Part shown: piece after piece, positions 27,135 to 36,874 of the stretch
How the letters are laid out: each line of letters opens with the position of its first letter
How positions within the stretch are numbered: the stretch's first letter is position 1
Origin: Candidatus Hecatella orcuttiae
GTDB lineage: Archaea > Thermoproteota > Bathyarchaeia > Hecatellales > Hecatellaceae
Assembly (NCBI GenBank): GCA_002011035.2
Contig: MTLY02000001.1
Location: 352,001 to 416,000, forward strand
DNA: 64,000 nt
Direction: 5' to 3'
Made by a program: the position numbers and the translations under genes
The notes under the pieces: model-generated
Told to the model about the DNA's origin: nothing
Databases searched by the model: none
What the model saw: the letters and a program-made list of their open reading frames with translations, nothing else

Positions 27135-29165
27135 TTAGCTGTGTATTTCTAAGTCCACCGGCTTCAGTTCTTCTGTGTCCGTGAGGCCGAACTCGGTTAT
27201 CTTGTAGGTTGGGATGAGGGGGTAGGCCATGAACGCTAGGGTGAGGAAGGGCGCCCTTATGGTGCAGCCTAAGGTCCTAGTGGCTTCCACCGTCTTCTCC
27301 ATCTCCACGGCTACCTCTTCAATGGGTTTTTCCGAAAGGATGCCCAATATCGGCAGTTGCATTTCGCTGAGGATTTTGCCTCCGTCCACGACCACAAATC
27401 CTCCGTTCATTTCCTTTATCCTGTTAACGGCTCTTGCCATGTCTGCGTCGTTGGTTCCCACCACGATGATGTTCTCAGGGACTGGAGCGTAGGATTCGCC
27501 TATGGCACCCCTCTTAAGGTTGAAGCCTTTGATGAAGGCTTTCCCCATCAACCCAGACCCTTTATGCCTCTCGACCAAAGCCACCTTCAGAACATCGTTG
27601 TCGACATCGGGCATGATGAGCCCATTGCTGACCTTCAGTTTAGCGGTTTTCCTCTCGGAAATAAGCGAGCCGTCCACAACACCTATTACTCTCACTTCAA
27701 CTTCACCTGAGGATTTTGTCTTTATTTCAAAATCCTCCGGGCGGAAGTCTCGGGGGAGGTTGAAGGTTTTCCTCATGAAATCCGGGTAAACCGGAGTTTT
27801 AATCTCGCCTGTGAAGCGCCCTTTCTCAGCCACGACCTTCCCGTTGGCTATGACCAACTCCGCCCTGAAATCGGAGAGGTCGTTGACGATGACTATGTCG
27901 GCGATCTTACCTTGGGCAATGCTCCCTATCTCCTTGTCTACCTTAAAGTACTCCGCAGCGTTTATTGTAGCCATTTGGACAGCGACAACGGGGTCTAGCC
28001 CCAGCTTCACCGATTTCCTGATCTTATAGTCCAAGTGCCCGTACTTCGTGAGGTCCACAGGGTCCTCTTCGTCGGTGCAGAACATGAAATGCCGCGGATC
28101 CACCTTATGCTCTGTCACGGCCTTGATCACATTAGCCAAGTCCGTGGCCGCAGACCCTTCCCTCACCATGATCTTTAAGCCAAGCCTCACTTTCTCCAAC
28201 GCCTCCTCCGCAGCCACGGATTCATGGTCTGAAGAGGGGCCGAAGGCCATGTAGGAGGCTAGGTTTCTCCCCGAAAGCTCGCAGGCGTGACCTACCACTA
28301 TCTTATTCTCCCGCAGAGTTTTTCGTATCAAATCCCTGACAGCTGGGTCAGAGAGGGTGGGCGCTTGAACCTCGCACAAGGCGACGGTGGGCCCCCATCC
28401 GATCATGATGGACAACTCATCCGGGGTAACTTTGTCCGTGTTTCCCAAGGGGTTGTTCTGCAGATACGCCAACAGCGGCACATTGAAGAGGATTTTGAGA
28501 GGAGTACCCTGAGACTCGGCTAAGGCAAACTTGATAGCTTCCACCCCAGCCACAGCGCCGTATTCGTAAAAGTCGCTGGCAGTGGCGGTTGTGCCTCTGG
28601 GCAGCAAGGCCTTGGCAAGGTTTGACATGGTCAAATGCGTTCCAGCCACATGGTAATGAGTGTCAATCAGCCCCGGCACCAGATATTTACCTTTGGCGTC
28701 GATGATCCTTGTTTTCTCGCCTACGAGGTCATCCAGTTTTTCGTCGATCATGGCTATTCTTTCCCCGTAAACAGCTACGCTGGTTTCGTAGATTTCAGCC
28801 GTGTGAACGTTCACCAGTTTTCCGTTCTTAACTACGATGTCCGCCTTCAAACCCTTGTCCAGCAACAGATCCGACAGCTTAGACCTTGCATCGTAGACCT
28901 CTTCCCCGGTCTCCGGCCAGACTTCAAACCACACGGGATTTCGGCCGTCGGGGCACACCAGCAGATACTTGCCCTTCTTGTCGAAGGTAAAGGGAGCCTT
29001 CCACCCCAACCCGAAGATAATGTTCCAGAAAGCCACCAGAGCGCTGGGGCATAAGCCTCCGTGGATTTTTTCATCCTCATCGATCAGGAACTCGTGGCCT
29101 ACTTCATGCCCTGCATGACAGTAGCCTTGTTTCTTAACAACCTTCAGTCTGACTTTCCGAAGCAA
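27135..29165 (-). CDS. divergent adenine-deaminase-family amidohydrolase fused to an N-terminal TIGR04076-like Cys domain
   Basis: N-terminal GYCHAGH..LCPSA..CPDG domain; PGLIDTHYH, GHA, SDHE, REGSAA, FCTDE; Ade-type C-terminal domain. Confidence 0.8.
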   Translation of the reverse strand: MLRKVRLKVVKKQGYCHAGHEVGHEFLIDEDEKIHGGLCPSALVAFWNIIFGLGWKAPFTFDKKGKYLLVCPDGRNPVWFEVWPETGEEVYDARSKLSDLLLDKGLKADIVVKNGKLVNVHTAEIYETSVAVYGERIAMIDEKLDDLVGEKTRIIDAKGKYLVPGLIDTHYHVAGTHLTMSNLAKALLPRGTTATASDFYEYGAVAGVEAIKFALAESQGTPLKILFNVPLLAYLQNNPLGNTDKVTPDELSIMIGWGPTVALCEVQAPTLSDPAVRDLIRKTLRENKIVVGHACELSGRNLASYMAFGPSSDHESVAAEEALEKVRLGLKIMVREGSAATDLANVIKAVTEHKVDPRHFMFCTDEEDPVDLTKYGHLDYKIRKSVKLGLDPVVAVQMATINAAEYFKVDKEIGSIAQGKIADIVIVNDLSDFRAELVIANGKVVAEKGRFTGEIKTPVYPDFMRKTFNLPRDFRPEDFEIKTKSSGEVEVRVIGVVDGSLISERKTAKLKVSNGLIMPDVDNDVLKVALVERHKGSGLMGKAFIKGFNLKRGAIGESYAPVPENIIVVGTNDADMARAVNRIKEMNGGFVVVDGGKILSEMQLPILGILSEKPIEEVAVEMEKTVEATRTLGCTIRAPFLTLAFMAYPLIPTYKITEFGLTDTEELKPVDLEIHS

Positions 29166-29339
29166 TTTAAACCCTCCTTAATTAAGCTGATTTTTGACTT
29201 TTTAAAATTTATGCATTTAATTTCTCAACTGCCAGTTGGTTCGCTCCACAGCCCCTCCTTTCCGCTAAAAAGAAAAATAGCCTAAAACAATTCTGTCACA
29301 AGGCAAGACTTCCCAGCTTCCCTTGGGCGGGCAGATGTT

Positions 29340-29615
29340 ATGGAATGCATCTTCAAGCATGATGACAGTTGCATGATCTGCGAGGCTCATAGGCTACACG
29401 GCAGACCCATCGCCTATGTAAGGGATGAAACTCATAAAGCCGAGTTCTGCCGTAAGGGACGGTTCCGCGAATGCCCAGTGTACATTGAGGCTAGGGAGAA
29501 CCCGCTTGCCTGCAGTTTCACCCCATGCCATCACCATATCTACTACCCACACTACCTTTGCGTCTCGAAATATCTGAAATTAGTGAAAACCGAGCTACGC
29601 CACAATAGAGTTTAG
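29340..29615 (+). CDS. small Cys/His-rich hypothetical protein
   Basis: 91 aa, CxxC and FC..FRECPVY; occupies intergenic space with no overlapping gene. Confidence 0.55.
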   Translation: MECIFKHDDSCMICEAHRLHGRPIAYVRDETHKAEFCRKGRFRECPVYIEARENPLACSFTPCHHHIYYPHYLCVSKYLKLVKTELRHNRV

Positions 29616-29641
29616 GAGGCCTAAGTCCTTTACCCGTGCTC

Positions 29642-31105
29642 CTAGCTATGTTTTCGCTCTGCGGCTTTCACTATTTCCCTTATTTTGGCTTGAGCTTCTT
29701 TGTCCAAAGGTTCAGGTTGATGGACGGACAGAATTTCTTTGACTTTTTCCTTCGCCACTTGGAAGAGGTCTTTGCCTCCGCCCTGTTCCCATTCTTCTCT
29801 GGTGGTTCTGTCGCTGAGCTGGGGCATCCATTGTTCCTGTCGGAAGTATTTTTTGGTGTGCTTGTGCTTTATGAAGTTCCCTCCGATGCCGATTTCTTTG
29901 ATGATGTCTACGGCGAGCGTATCCTCGTTTACCTCGATGCCTTGCAGTATTCTTCCCGCCAGTTCACATATTTCATGGTTTAACAGTATCTGCGGATAGC
30001 TTGAAGCCAAGAGGCTGTCCACCCACCCGGATAACGCTCCATGGACGACATCAGCTCCGGACAGGGTTGAAAAGAGGATGCTGGCAGCTTTCTCAAAGCC
30101 GGCTTGAATGTCGGAGATTTTAGATTCAGTGGCTCCCGCGGTTCCTATGTAGGGTACATCGTAGTAGCGGGCTAGTTGCGCCGACGCAGCCACCATCAGA
30201 GGCATCTCAGGCCCTCCGGAGGCAAAGCAAGCGTATCTCTGGTCGAGAACAGCGGCGAAGGAGCCTATCAGCGTACGTGTCCCCGCCCGAGTTGCCTGAG
30301 CCAACGTCAACCCGGCTAGAAGCTCAGCGTTCTGCACGACAAGCGTACCCGCCAAGGTAGCCGGCGCTGTCCCTCCGGCTTGGGGCAGCGTCCAAACGGT
30401 TACCGGGAGGCCTTCTTTGCTGAATTCCACGATGCCGCCTGCTACGCCATCCCCTATTATCAGGGGAGAGGTGAGGGATTCCTGACAGCTTAAGATAGGC
30501 TTTTTCCGAAGCTCGGCTTCACCGCCGACGACAGCCTCGCACATCTTGATGATGTCCCTCGCCCCTTCCGCATCGTAGGTGTCGGCTATGAGGTGTTTTC
30601 CCGTATTATTCAGCAGCGTCTCCACGATGTATCGGTCTGCAATTATCCCCGGTATATCTTGGGGAATAGCCTCGGTCATGACCATGTGAGGGTATTTTAG
30701 GGCGTCGAGAATCCTGATGATGTTGGCCAGGTCTTCCCGGCTGGTGGGCCTGCGTCTCCCCGTGTCCATGTCTAAAATGTTGGGGGCTCCGTAACCGTTC
30801 ACCAAGTAAACCTGACGGGTTCCAAGCGTTACCTCGTTCTTCGGACTTCTTCCATAGAGGGTAAACCGGTGAGGCGCCTTCTTTACCATCTCCTTAACAA
30901 TGTGGGAGGAAATCCTCACCACTTGCTTTTGAAAGTCAACTTCAGCGCCCACGCCGCTCATGATCTTAAGAGCTTCTTCATTTTCTATTCTCATGCCAAC
31001 TGTTTCAAGAACCTCCAAAGTGGCTTGGTGAATGTCGTAGACCTCTTCGCTGCTCAGAGGCTCGACCACCCGTCCATACAGAGGTCTTATTCCCTGCATC
31101 TTCAC
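29642..31105 (-). CDS. non-pyrrolysine MttB-superfamily (COG5598/MtgB-like) methyltransferase
   Basis: IHQATLEVLETVG, GGTAPATLAGTLV, GGPE, SKISDIQAGFEK; Ala at the Pyl-equivalent site and no internal TAG. Confidence 0.9.
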   Translation of the reverse strand: MKMQGIRPLYGRVVEPLSSEEVYDIHQATLEVLETVGMRIENEEALKIMSGVGAEVDFQKQVVRISSHIVKEMVKKAPHRFTLYGRSPKNEVTLGTRQVYLVNGYGAPNILDMDTGRRRPTSREDLANIIRILDALKYPHMVMTEAIPQDIPGIIADRYIVETLLNNTGKHLIADTYDAEGARDIIKMCEAVVGGEAELRKKPILSCQESLTSPLIIGDGVAGGIVEFSKEGLPVTVWTLPQAGGTAPATLAGTLVVQNAELLAGLTLAQATRAGTRTLIGSFAAVLDQRYACFASGGPEMPLMVAASAQLARYYDVPYIGTAGATESKISDIQAGFEKAASILFSTLSGADVVHGALSGWVDSLLASSYPQILLNHEICELAGRILQGIEVNEDTLAVDIIKEIGIGGNFIKHKHTKKYFRQEQWMPQLSDRTTREEWEQGGGKDLFQVAKEKVKEILSVHQPEPLDKEAQAKIREIVKAAERKHS

Positions 31106-31111
31106 TCCTCC

Positions 31112-31786
31112 TTACTCAGCGCCTAAAAGACGTTTAGCAACCTCCACTGCATGCACAGCGTCTCTTCCATAGCCGTCTGCGCCTGCTTCTTCTGTCCATT
31201 CCGGTGTGATGGGGGCTCCGCCTAGAATAACCTTGACCTTGTCGCGGAGTCCAGCTTTTTTCAGCTCTTCGACGACTTCCCGTTGCTTCGGCTTGGTGGT
31301 GGTCATGAGGGCGGAGAGCCCTAAAATGTCAGGTTTAATCTCGCCCACTTTCTGAACGATGACGCTGCTGGGGATGTCTATTCCTAAATCAACAACTTCA
31401 AACCCCGAGGCTGCAAGCATGGTCGCCACAATGCTTTTGCCAATGTCGTGAATGTCGCCTTCCACCGTGGCTATGAGCAGTTTTCCTTTTTTGGCAACAG
31501 CTTCCCCGGCGAGAAGATGAGGTGTAACCACTTCGGTGCCAGCCTTCATGGCCTCACCGGCCATCGCCAAATCCGTGAGAAACATTTCCCTCCTTCCAAA
31601 AGCATCCCCCACATATCTGACGCCTTTAGCCAAGCCTTCTTCCAGTATTTTTAAGGGGTCTATTTTCTGTTCAAGGGCCTTCTTCACTAGGTCGACGGTT
31701 TTTTCCGCGTCGCCTTCCACAACAGTTTGGCTGATTTCTTCCAGAATTTCTTTCTCACCCAATGATAGCCACCTCATGTTTTTCAA
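31112..31786 (-). CDS. cognate corrinoid protein
   Basis: EGDIHDIGK, GLSALMTTT, GGAP; probable start TTG 31762 after a GAGGTG SD. Confidence 0.92.
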   Translation of the reverse strand: MKNMRWLSLGEKEILEEISQTVVEGDAEKTVDLVKKALEQKIDPLKILEEGLAKGVRYVGDAFGRREMFLTDLAMAGEAMKAGTEVVTPHLLAGEAVAKKGKLLIATVEGDIHDIGKSIVATMLAASGFEVVDLGIDIPSSVIVQKVGEIKPDILGLSALMTTTKPKQREVVEELKKAGLRDKVKVILGGAPITPEWTEEAGADGYGRDAVHAVEVAKRLLGAE

Positions 31787-32016
31787 ATGTTGCGGGTTTT
31801 TTATATATGTGGACTGTTAGGAATATTTAACATAATCGGTAACAGCGCCTCGCTTCGCCCATTGTGCGCCTTCAAGCCGAAGATTTTCTTCAAATAATTG
31901 AAAAACGGATGATTTCTCGGTCGAGCATTGTTATTATGAAGAGGACATTACAATATGTGGTGGCCTTAAGACTTTTTAGGCTGGGGATGATAGCGTTTAC
32001 GAAGTAAACTCCGCGG

Positions 32017-32499
32017 TCAAGTGGTGTAAGTTCTGAAAAGCCGGCTTATGGGAAGGTTGAGGGATATAGCTGATAGAAAGTACCAAATCCAGAAGGTTAG
32101 CTCAGTCTTATCAGGTCCCACTGCCCCGTAGGGAATGGGGACAGGAGAATAAGCAACCACGGTAGTTCCGATAAAGCGGAGTAACACCCAGTAGATAACT
32201 AAGAAGGGTATGGTTGTGAGAAGCATGACTTTAGACTGCTGGCCCATGACTTGGGAGGAGTCCTTCATCATCAGCCTCTGTTTTCTCTGAAGCTTCGCCA
32301 AAGTCCTTTTATCTCCTTTTTTCCTAGCTTCAGCCATCTGCTTCCTGAGCTCGCTCATCTGCGACCTCATTTCCCTTACTTTTTCAAAGTCTACAAATTT
32401 CCTCTGAACCAGCGAAGACGTAAGGGCTAAGGTTAGCGATAAACCCATGATGGCGAAGGTCAACAGAGGTATGGGGTAGAGGTCTCCTCCAAAGCCCAC
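32017..32499 (-). CDS. DUF106/EMC3-TMCO1 (Oxa1 superfamily) membrane protein
   Basis: TM-coiled coil-TM layout, WYFLS motif, conserved position after secY-adk. Confidence 0.85.
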   Translation of the reverse strand: MGFGGDLYPIPLLTFAIMGLSLTLALTSSLVQRKFVDFEKVREMRSQMSELRKQMAEARKKGDKRTLAKLQRKQRLMMKDSSQVMGQQSKVMLLTTIPFLVIYWVLLRFIGTTVVAYSPVPIPYGAVGPDKTELTFWIWYFLSAISLNLPISRLFRTYTT

Positions 32500-32501
32500 G
32501 G

Positions 32502-33101
32502 CTATCCCCCCAGTGCTTCGATCATATTCAAAATTTTTTCAGCCGCCTTCGCGGCTTCCCCGGGTGGATTTTCTACTATTCCCAAGGGGGCTCCGGAGAG
32601 GAGGGAGCATCCGGAGGCTAATGTTCTGGACAAGTGAATTTCGAACTCCACCTCCTCGGCCACAGCTTTATCCCTCATCCTTCCGGAAGAATCTCTCATC
32701 CTCCTAGCTTTAATCTCTTCTGGAGAGGCTTCAATCAAAACTATAAGGGAAGGTTGGAGGATGGAGATAATATGGCTTGGAACGCCGGGAAGATAGCCTG
32801 AAGGCGTTTTAACCATCATGTGAGTGTCGACGACGAGGACACCGTTCTCCATGGATGAGCTTCTCCGCAGAATTTCTTCAGCCGCCATTTTTTGAAGCTT
32901 ATGCTGGAAGGCTAGAGAGCTTTTTCTCATATCGTCCCTGTGCATACTGGCTTTCTCCTTTTCAGCCATCTCCACCATGACGGTTCCGTAGTTCACAACT
33001 TTCAAGGGAAGGCCTCGCCGGCCAGCTTGTTTTTCTAACTCGTTTAGCACCGTGGTCTTTCCTACTCCCGGCAGTCCGACGGCGATGATTCTGCTTCCCA
33101 C
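32502..33101 (-). CDS. adkA: archaeal adenylate kinase
   Basis: GLPGVGKTT, VNYG, RDDMRK, VDTH, GYLPG. Confidence 0.93.
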   Translation of the reverse strand: MGSRIIAVGLPGVGKTTVLNELEKQAGRRGLPLKVVNYGTVMVEMAEKEKASMHRDDMRKSSLAFQHKLQKMAAEEILRRSSSMENGVLVVDTHMMVKTPSGYLPGVPSHIISILQPSLIVLIEASPEEIKARRMRDSSGRMRDKAVAEEVEFEIHLSRTLASGCSLLSGAPLGIVENPPGEAAKAAEKILNMIEALGG

Positions 33102-33134
33102 GGCTTTTTCACCCTATTTAGATTGGCCCTGTTT

Positions 33135-34538
33135 TTAACCTCTTCCCAGAAGCCGGCTTAATCCTGGGTACATTTCCTCGATCCTCTCTTTCGCCAGCAG
33201 CTGATAATACTGCCATATGATGCTTGTAGTCAGCAATATGCCTATGCCGGTTCCGAAGGGGTTGAAAAAGTTGGCTACAGCGGCTATCAACCCGACGCTC
33301 AGCCCGCTTAACACCGTCATGACAGGGATATACCTGTCGAGAACCTCCCTGATAGGTTGTTCACTCCGCCTGAAGCCGGGAATCTGCACCCCTGAACCTA
33401 TGAGCTGCTTCGCCACATCCCTTGAAGTCATTCCGGTAAGTTCAACCCACAGTTTGGCGAAAACAACGCATATTCCCGCAAATAAAACTGTGTAGACCAA
33501 GGCTCTTAAAGGGTCCAGCATTACAGCTTGCAGGTTTCCGGGAGGAGTTAGAAAGTAGACGATACCCCCGGTGGGCTGCCCGGTTACTGCGTCGACTCTC
33601 CCCAAGATCTCTGCGAGGAAACTGTTGGGGAAGCGGCTTGATAAGATAGAGGATATAAAATATACATTGGCGAAGAGAGCGGAAGCTAAGATCACGGGTA
33701 TGACGGAGACGTAGAAGAACTTGATGGGGTAGCTCCCCCGGAAGCCTCGGAACCGCGCGTGGGAAATGGGCACATCAACCCGGATGCCTTCTGCGTATAT
33801 CAAAATGACGAAGATGACGAGCATGGAGATGAAGCCTACCATGTCCGGAAGCCCCATGGGCCGGATGAGCGTGGCTTGAACGTTGTTAGCCATAATGGAC
33901 TGAAAGAACGCCAAGATCGCCCCCACAAGATACCCGTCTCCAGCAGGACCTATGGGGGCGAAAGAACTCCAGTAGATCGATTTGGTGACACCTGCCACGA
34001 TGAAGAGGCTGATTCCGCTCCCGAGCCCCCAGCCCTTTTGGACAAGCTCGTCTAAGAGGATCAATATTATGCCGGCGACCAGCAGTTGGAAGAAGACAAG
34101 AAGGGCTATTGAAGTCGAGAGGGGACCGTACATTCCTCCGAGGATGAAGACTGCCGCCTGAAAGCCGAACATGATGATGGCTAGAACCTTGTTCGCAGCT
34201 GCGAACACCGCTCTATCTCGGGCCTTGGAACGGTCGATCTGGATTATTTTTGACCCTGCGAGCAATTGAAGGATTAAGCCGGCGGTGACAATGGGGCCTA
34301 TTCCAAGCTCCATGAGGGTGCCTCTTTCAGACGCGAAGATCACCCTCATCATAGCGAAGGGGTCGCCTTCAAGCCCCGCAATGCCGTATAAGGGGATCTC
34401 AGCCATGATCAGATAGATTATGACTGCGGAGGCAGTCCAGAATATTTTCTCTTTAAACTGTACTTTGCGCGTAGGTTTTTCTACTTCAGGAATTACCCGA
34501 GCCAGACTGGCAAAAGCTTCAAGCCCTCTTCCAGCCAT
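33135..34538 (-). CDS. secY: preprotein translocase SecY
   Basis: GTLMELGIGPIVTAGLILQLL, GSGISLFI, IPGFR, GTGIGILL. Confidence 0.97.
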   Translation of the reverse strand: MAGRGLEAFASLARVIPEVEKPTRKVQFKEKIFWTASAVIIYLIMAEIPLYGIAGLEGDPFAMMRVIFASERGTLMELGIGPIVTAGLILQLLAGSKIIQIDRSKARDRAVFAAANKVLAIIMFGFQAAVFILGGMYGPLSTSIALLVFFQLLVAGIILILLDELVQKGWGLGSGISLFIVAGVTKSIYWSSFAPIGPAGDGYLVGAILAFFQSIMANNVQATLIRPMGLPDMVGFISMLVIFVILIYAEGIRVDVPISHARFRGFRGSYPIKFFYVSVIPVILASALFANVYFISSILSSRFPNSFLAEILGRVDAVTGQPTGGIVYFLTPPGNLQAVMLDPLRALVYTVLFAGICVVFAKLWVELTGMTSRDVAKQLIGSGVQIPGFRRSEQPIREVLDRYIPVMTVLSGLSVGLIAAVANFFNPFGTGIGILLTTSIIWQYYQLLAKERIEEMYPGLSRLLGRG

Positions 34539-34554
34539 CTTCCCTGTGCCTCTT

Positions 34555-35010
34555 CTATCCCTTGACCTTTATGAGAGCTCCTCCAGCATCGACGATCTTC
34601 TTCTCAGCGGCCTTGGACCAGTAGGGTGCCTTCACCACGAGAGGCCGGTTAACCTTGCCTTCTCCCAAGATTTTCTCATAGCCTAGATTTAAAAGGTCCA
34701 CCTCAACCTTTTCTCCGTCGGCCTTCAGCTTCCCTTCAGCCAGCAGGTCTTCCACCATCAGCCCCAGTTCCCCCACGTTTAAAGCCCTCAGCTGGCCGCG
34801 GCCTGTGGGGCAGCGGAAGCCCTTTTTACTGAAATATTCAGGCTCATATTTGACCACGTAAGTCCAACCATGCTTGTGGAGACCCGCCTTACCGCGCCCT
34901 CCTTTCATGCCGTGTTTTCGATGTTGACCTACTTGTCCCCATCCGTGGGTTCTTGACCCTCGAAGCTTTCTGGTTTTCCTGAGCTTATGCGGCATGTTTT
35001 CCACACCCAT
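34555..35010 (-). CDS. rpl15: 50S ribosomal protein uL15
   Basis: RGSRTHGWG..QHR..GGRGKAG; start may be ATG 34995. Confidence 0.95.
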   Translation of the reverse strand: MGVENMPHKLRKTRKLRGSRTHGWGQVGQHRKHGMKGGRGKAGLHKHGWTYVVKYEPEYFSKKGFRCPTGRGQLRALNVGELGLMVEDLLAEGKLKADGEKVEVDLLNLGYEKILGEGKVNRPLVVKAPYWSKAAEKKIVDAGGALIKVKG

Positions 35011-35036
35011 TGAAGCCTAGACTATATAGGAGGTGA

Positions 35037-35528
35037 TCAGATCATCCTCGCTATGAGCTTGTTTATCAACTCACCCCGGTAGCCGAGTTCACCGCCTTCC
35101 GCAAAAGCCTTCTTCAGGGATTTTTTAAAACCTTTGGAGGGCGGATGAAGGCGGAAAACAGGTTTAACGCCCTTGAGGTCTTTAAGCTTTAACCTGCCTA
35201 AAGAAAGTTCTTCGGCAGCCTTTTTGAAGGACGAGAAGCCGATTTTTTTCAAGTATGCTTCAGTCAGTTTTCGGCCTCCTTCGATTTCTCCCCGCTTTTT
35301 CAGGAGGTGGAGAATAGTCTGTGGAGAGGCTTCGCCCCACGTTAGATGGTCTTTTGCTTTCTTAAGCATTCCCAGATAGGTCGGCGTGGAGGGGACCAGT
35401 GTGGCATGATTCGGCCTGAGCAGGTGGAGCATGGATAGGGTATCTTTGACGTCGCCCCGCACGTTGACAGTTCCTCTTACCCTGACCACAGCTAAGCATT
35501 TTTTCTCCGCTTCCTCCTTAGCCGGCAT
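35037..35528 (-). CDS. rpl30: 50S ribosomal protein uL30
   Basis: VVRVRG, FRLHPP..GF, GELGYRG. Confidence 0.95.
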   Translation of the reverse strand: MPAKEEAEKKCLAVVRVRGTVNVRGDVKDTLSMLHLLRPNHATLVPSTPTYLGMLKKAKDHLTWGEASPQTILHLLKKRGEIEGGRKLTEAYLKKIGFSSFKKAAEELSLGRLKLKDLKGVKPVFRLHPPSKGFKKSLKKAFAEGGELGYRGELINKLIARMI

Positions 35529-35534
35529 CTTCCG

Positions 35535-36155
35535 TCACCTAGTCCAGTCTTGGGGGGCCACCGTCTTGTAGGTGTTCCGCAAAGCATAGTATACAGCATA
35601 AGCTAGGGAGGAGGTAGTCTTGGTGGAGCCGAAGCTTCTGGACCAGCAGTCTTTTATTCCGCTGAGGCGAAGGATGGTGGCGGTGGTTTCATTGGCCACT
35701 ATTCCCAGCCCTCGAGGGCCGGGTATCAGTTCAACCCTGACACTTCCACACTTACCCACGGTTTTGAAGGGAAGGGAGTGGGGTTGATGGCAGGCGCATT
35801 CCCAGCTTCCACAGCCCCTTCTCACGGGGGTGATGTTCAACTTGGCGTACATGGTTGCTTTTTCAATGGCTCCCCTGATCTGCTTAGCTTTACCAGAGTC
35901 GACGCCTATATAGCCGTCTTCGTTCCCCACAGCTACAACGACTTTAAACCTAGACTGCTCCCCTGCGTCGGTCTGCTTTTGAACGATGCTCATGGACAAA
36001 ACCTCTTGGCGGAGGTTGGGCATAAGCCTGTCTACGATTTCAGTTTCCTGAATCCTCAGGCCTTGGGCGAAGATCTCATCTAATGAGACGATCTTTCCTT
36101 CGAGGACCATTCTACCCAGTTTCGTCTTAGGAACCCACTCAACCTCAGCTGACAA
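35535..36155 (-). CDS. rps5: 30S ribosomal protein uS5
   Basis: WVPKTKLG, QKQTDAG, RGCGSWEC. Confidence 0.96.
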   Translation of the reverse strand: MSAEVEWVPKTKLGRMVLEGKIVSLDEIFAQGLRIQETEIVDRLMPNLRQEVLSMSIVQKQTDAGEQSRFKVVVAVGNEDGYIGVDSGKAKQIRGAIEKATMYAKLNITPVRRGCGSWECACHQPHSLPFKTVGKCGSVRVELIPGPRGLGIVANETTATILRLSGIKDCWSRSFGSTKTTSSLAYAVYYALRNTYKTVAPQDWTR

Positions 36156-36280
36156 GCCTATTCTTCCTCGACAGCTCCTCGATTCTCGGCTGAATTACAG
36201 CTCCTCCGGGTTTTCCAACGGAGCTGATGCAGATGGTAAAAAATGAAGGGATATAAAGCTTCCGTGAAGAAACCCTCTTT

Positions 36281-36874
36281 CTAGCCTTGACTAAAAGCTT
36301 TTCGAATGTTCTCTTTTACATCCTGAAAATGTTTCGCCAAGTCTTCAGGCGTTAACCCCTTAGCCAGATATTGGGAAAAAAACCGGCTCCGTTGCTCCGG
36401 GTCCGTTAGGCTCCGCCAGTGTTCGGCCACATGCTCTCCGGTAATTCGCTCCTCGCTGGGCAGTACATCCGAGTCGCAGCTGACTTCTACTCCTGCATCC
36501 AGCAAGCCTTTGAGGCCTGCGTAGATCTTAGACCCTTTCACCGGCTTCTTCACCCCCGCGTCCAGCACAGCCTTCTCGATTCCTTTTCTTTTAGCTTTTA
36601 ACCCCGCCAGAAACCCTGTGAGGTAGGCTGCGGGCATGTTTCCGCAGGGAGCCTTCCATCCGTAGTCCCTGACCAGCTCTTGGGAGGCAGCGGAGACGAG
36701 AACCCGGTCCCCATTCATTGCAGCCTCAACAAACTGAGCTAAAGAATTGGAGAGAGAACATCGGAATACGAACCTCGTCAAACCGGAGGCAATAAGCTCC
36801 TTCCTTCGACGGTAGTCTGTTTTCGCTTCCCTGCGTCTGCGGAAAGCCACCTGGTAAGCCGGTCCCCGAGCCAT
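36281..36874 (-). CDS. rpl18: 50S ribosomal protein uL18
   Basis: FRRRREAKTDY, NMPAAYLTG. Confidence 0.96.
   Translation of the reverse strand: MARGPAYQVAFRRRREAKTDYRRRKELIASGLTRFVFRCSLSNSLAQFVEAAMNGDRVLVSAASQELVRDYGWKAPCGNMPAAYLTGFLAGLKAKRKGIEKAVLDAGVKKPVKGSKIYAGLKGLLDAGVEVSCDSDVLPSEERITGEHVAEHWRSLTDPEQRSRFFSQYLAKGLTPEDLAKHFQDVKENIRKAFSQG

Noticed and set aside
29642-31105. Pyl-dependent trimethylamine methyltransferase MttB
   Set aside because: No internal amber; Ala occupies the Pyl-equivalent position
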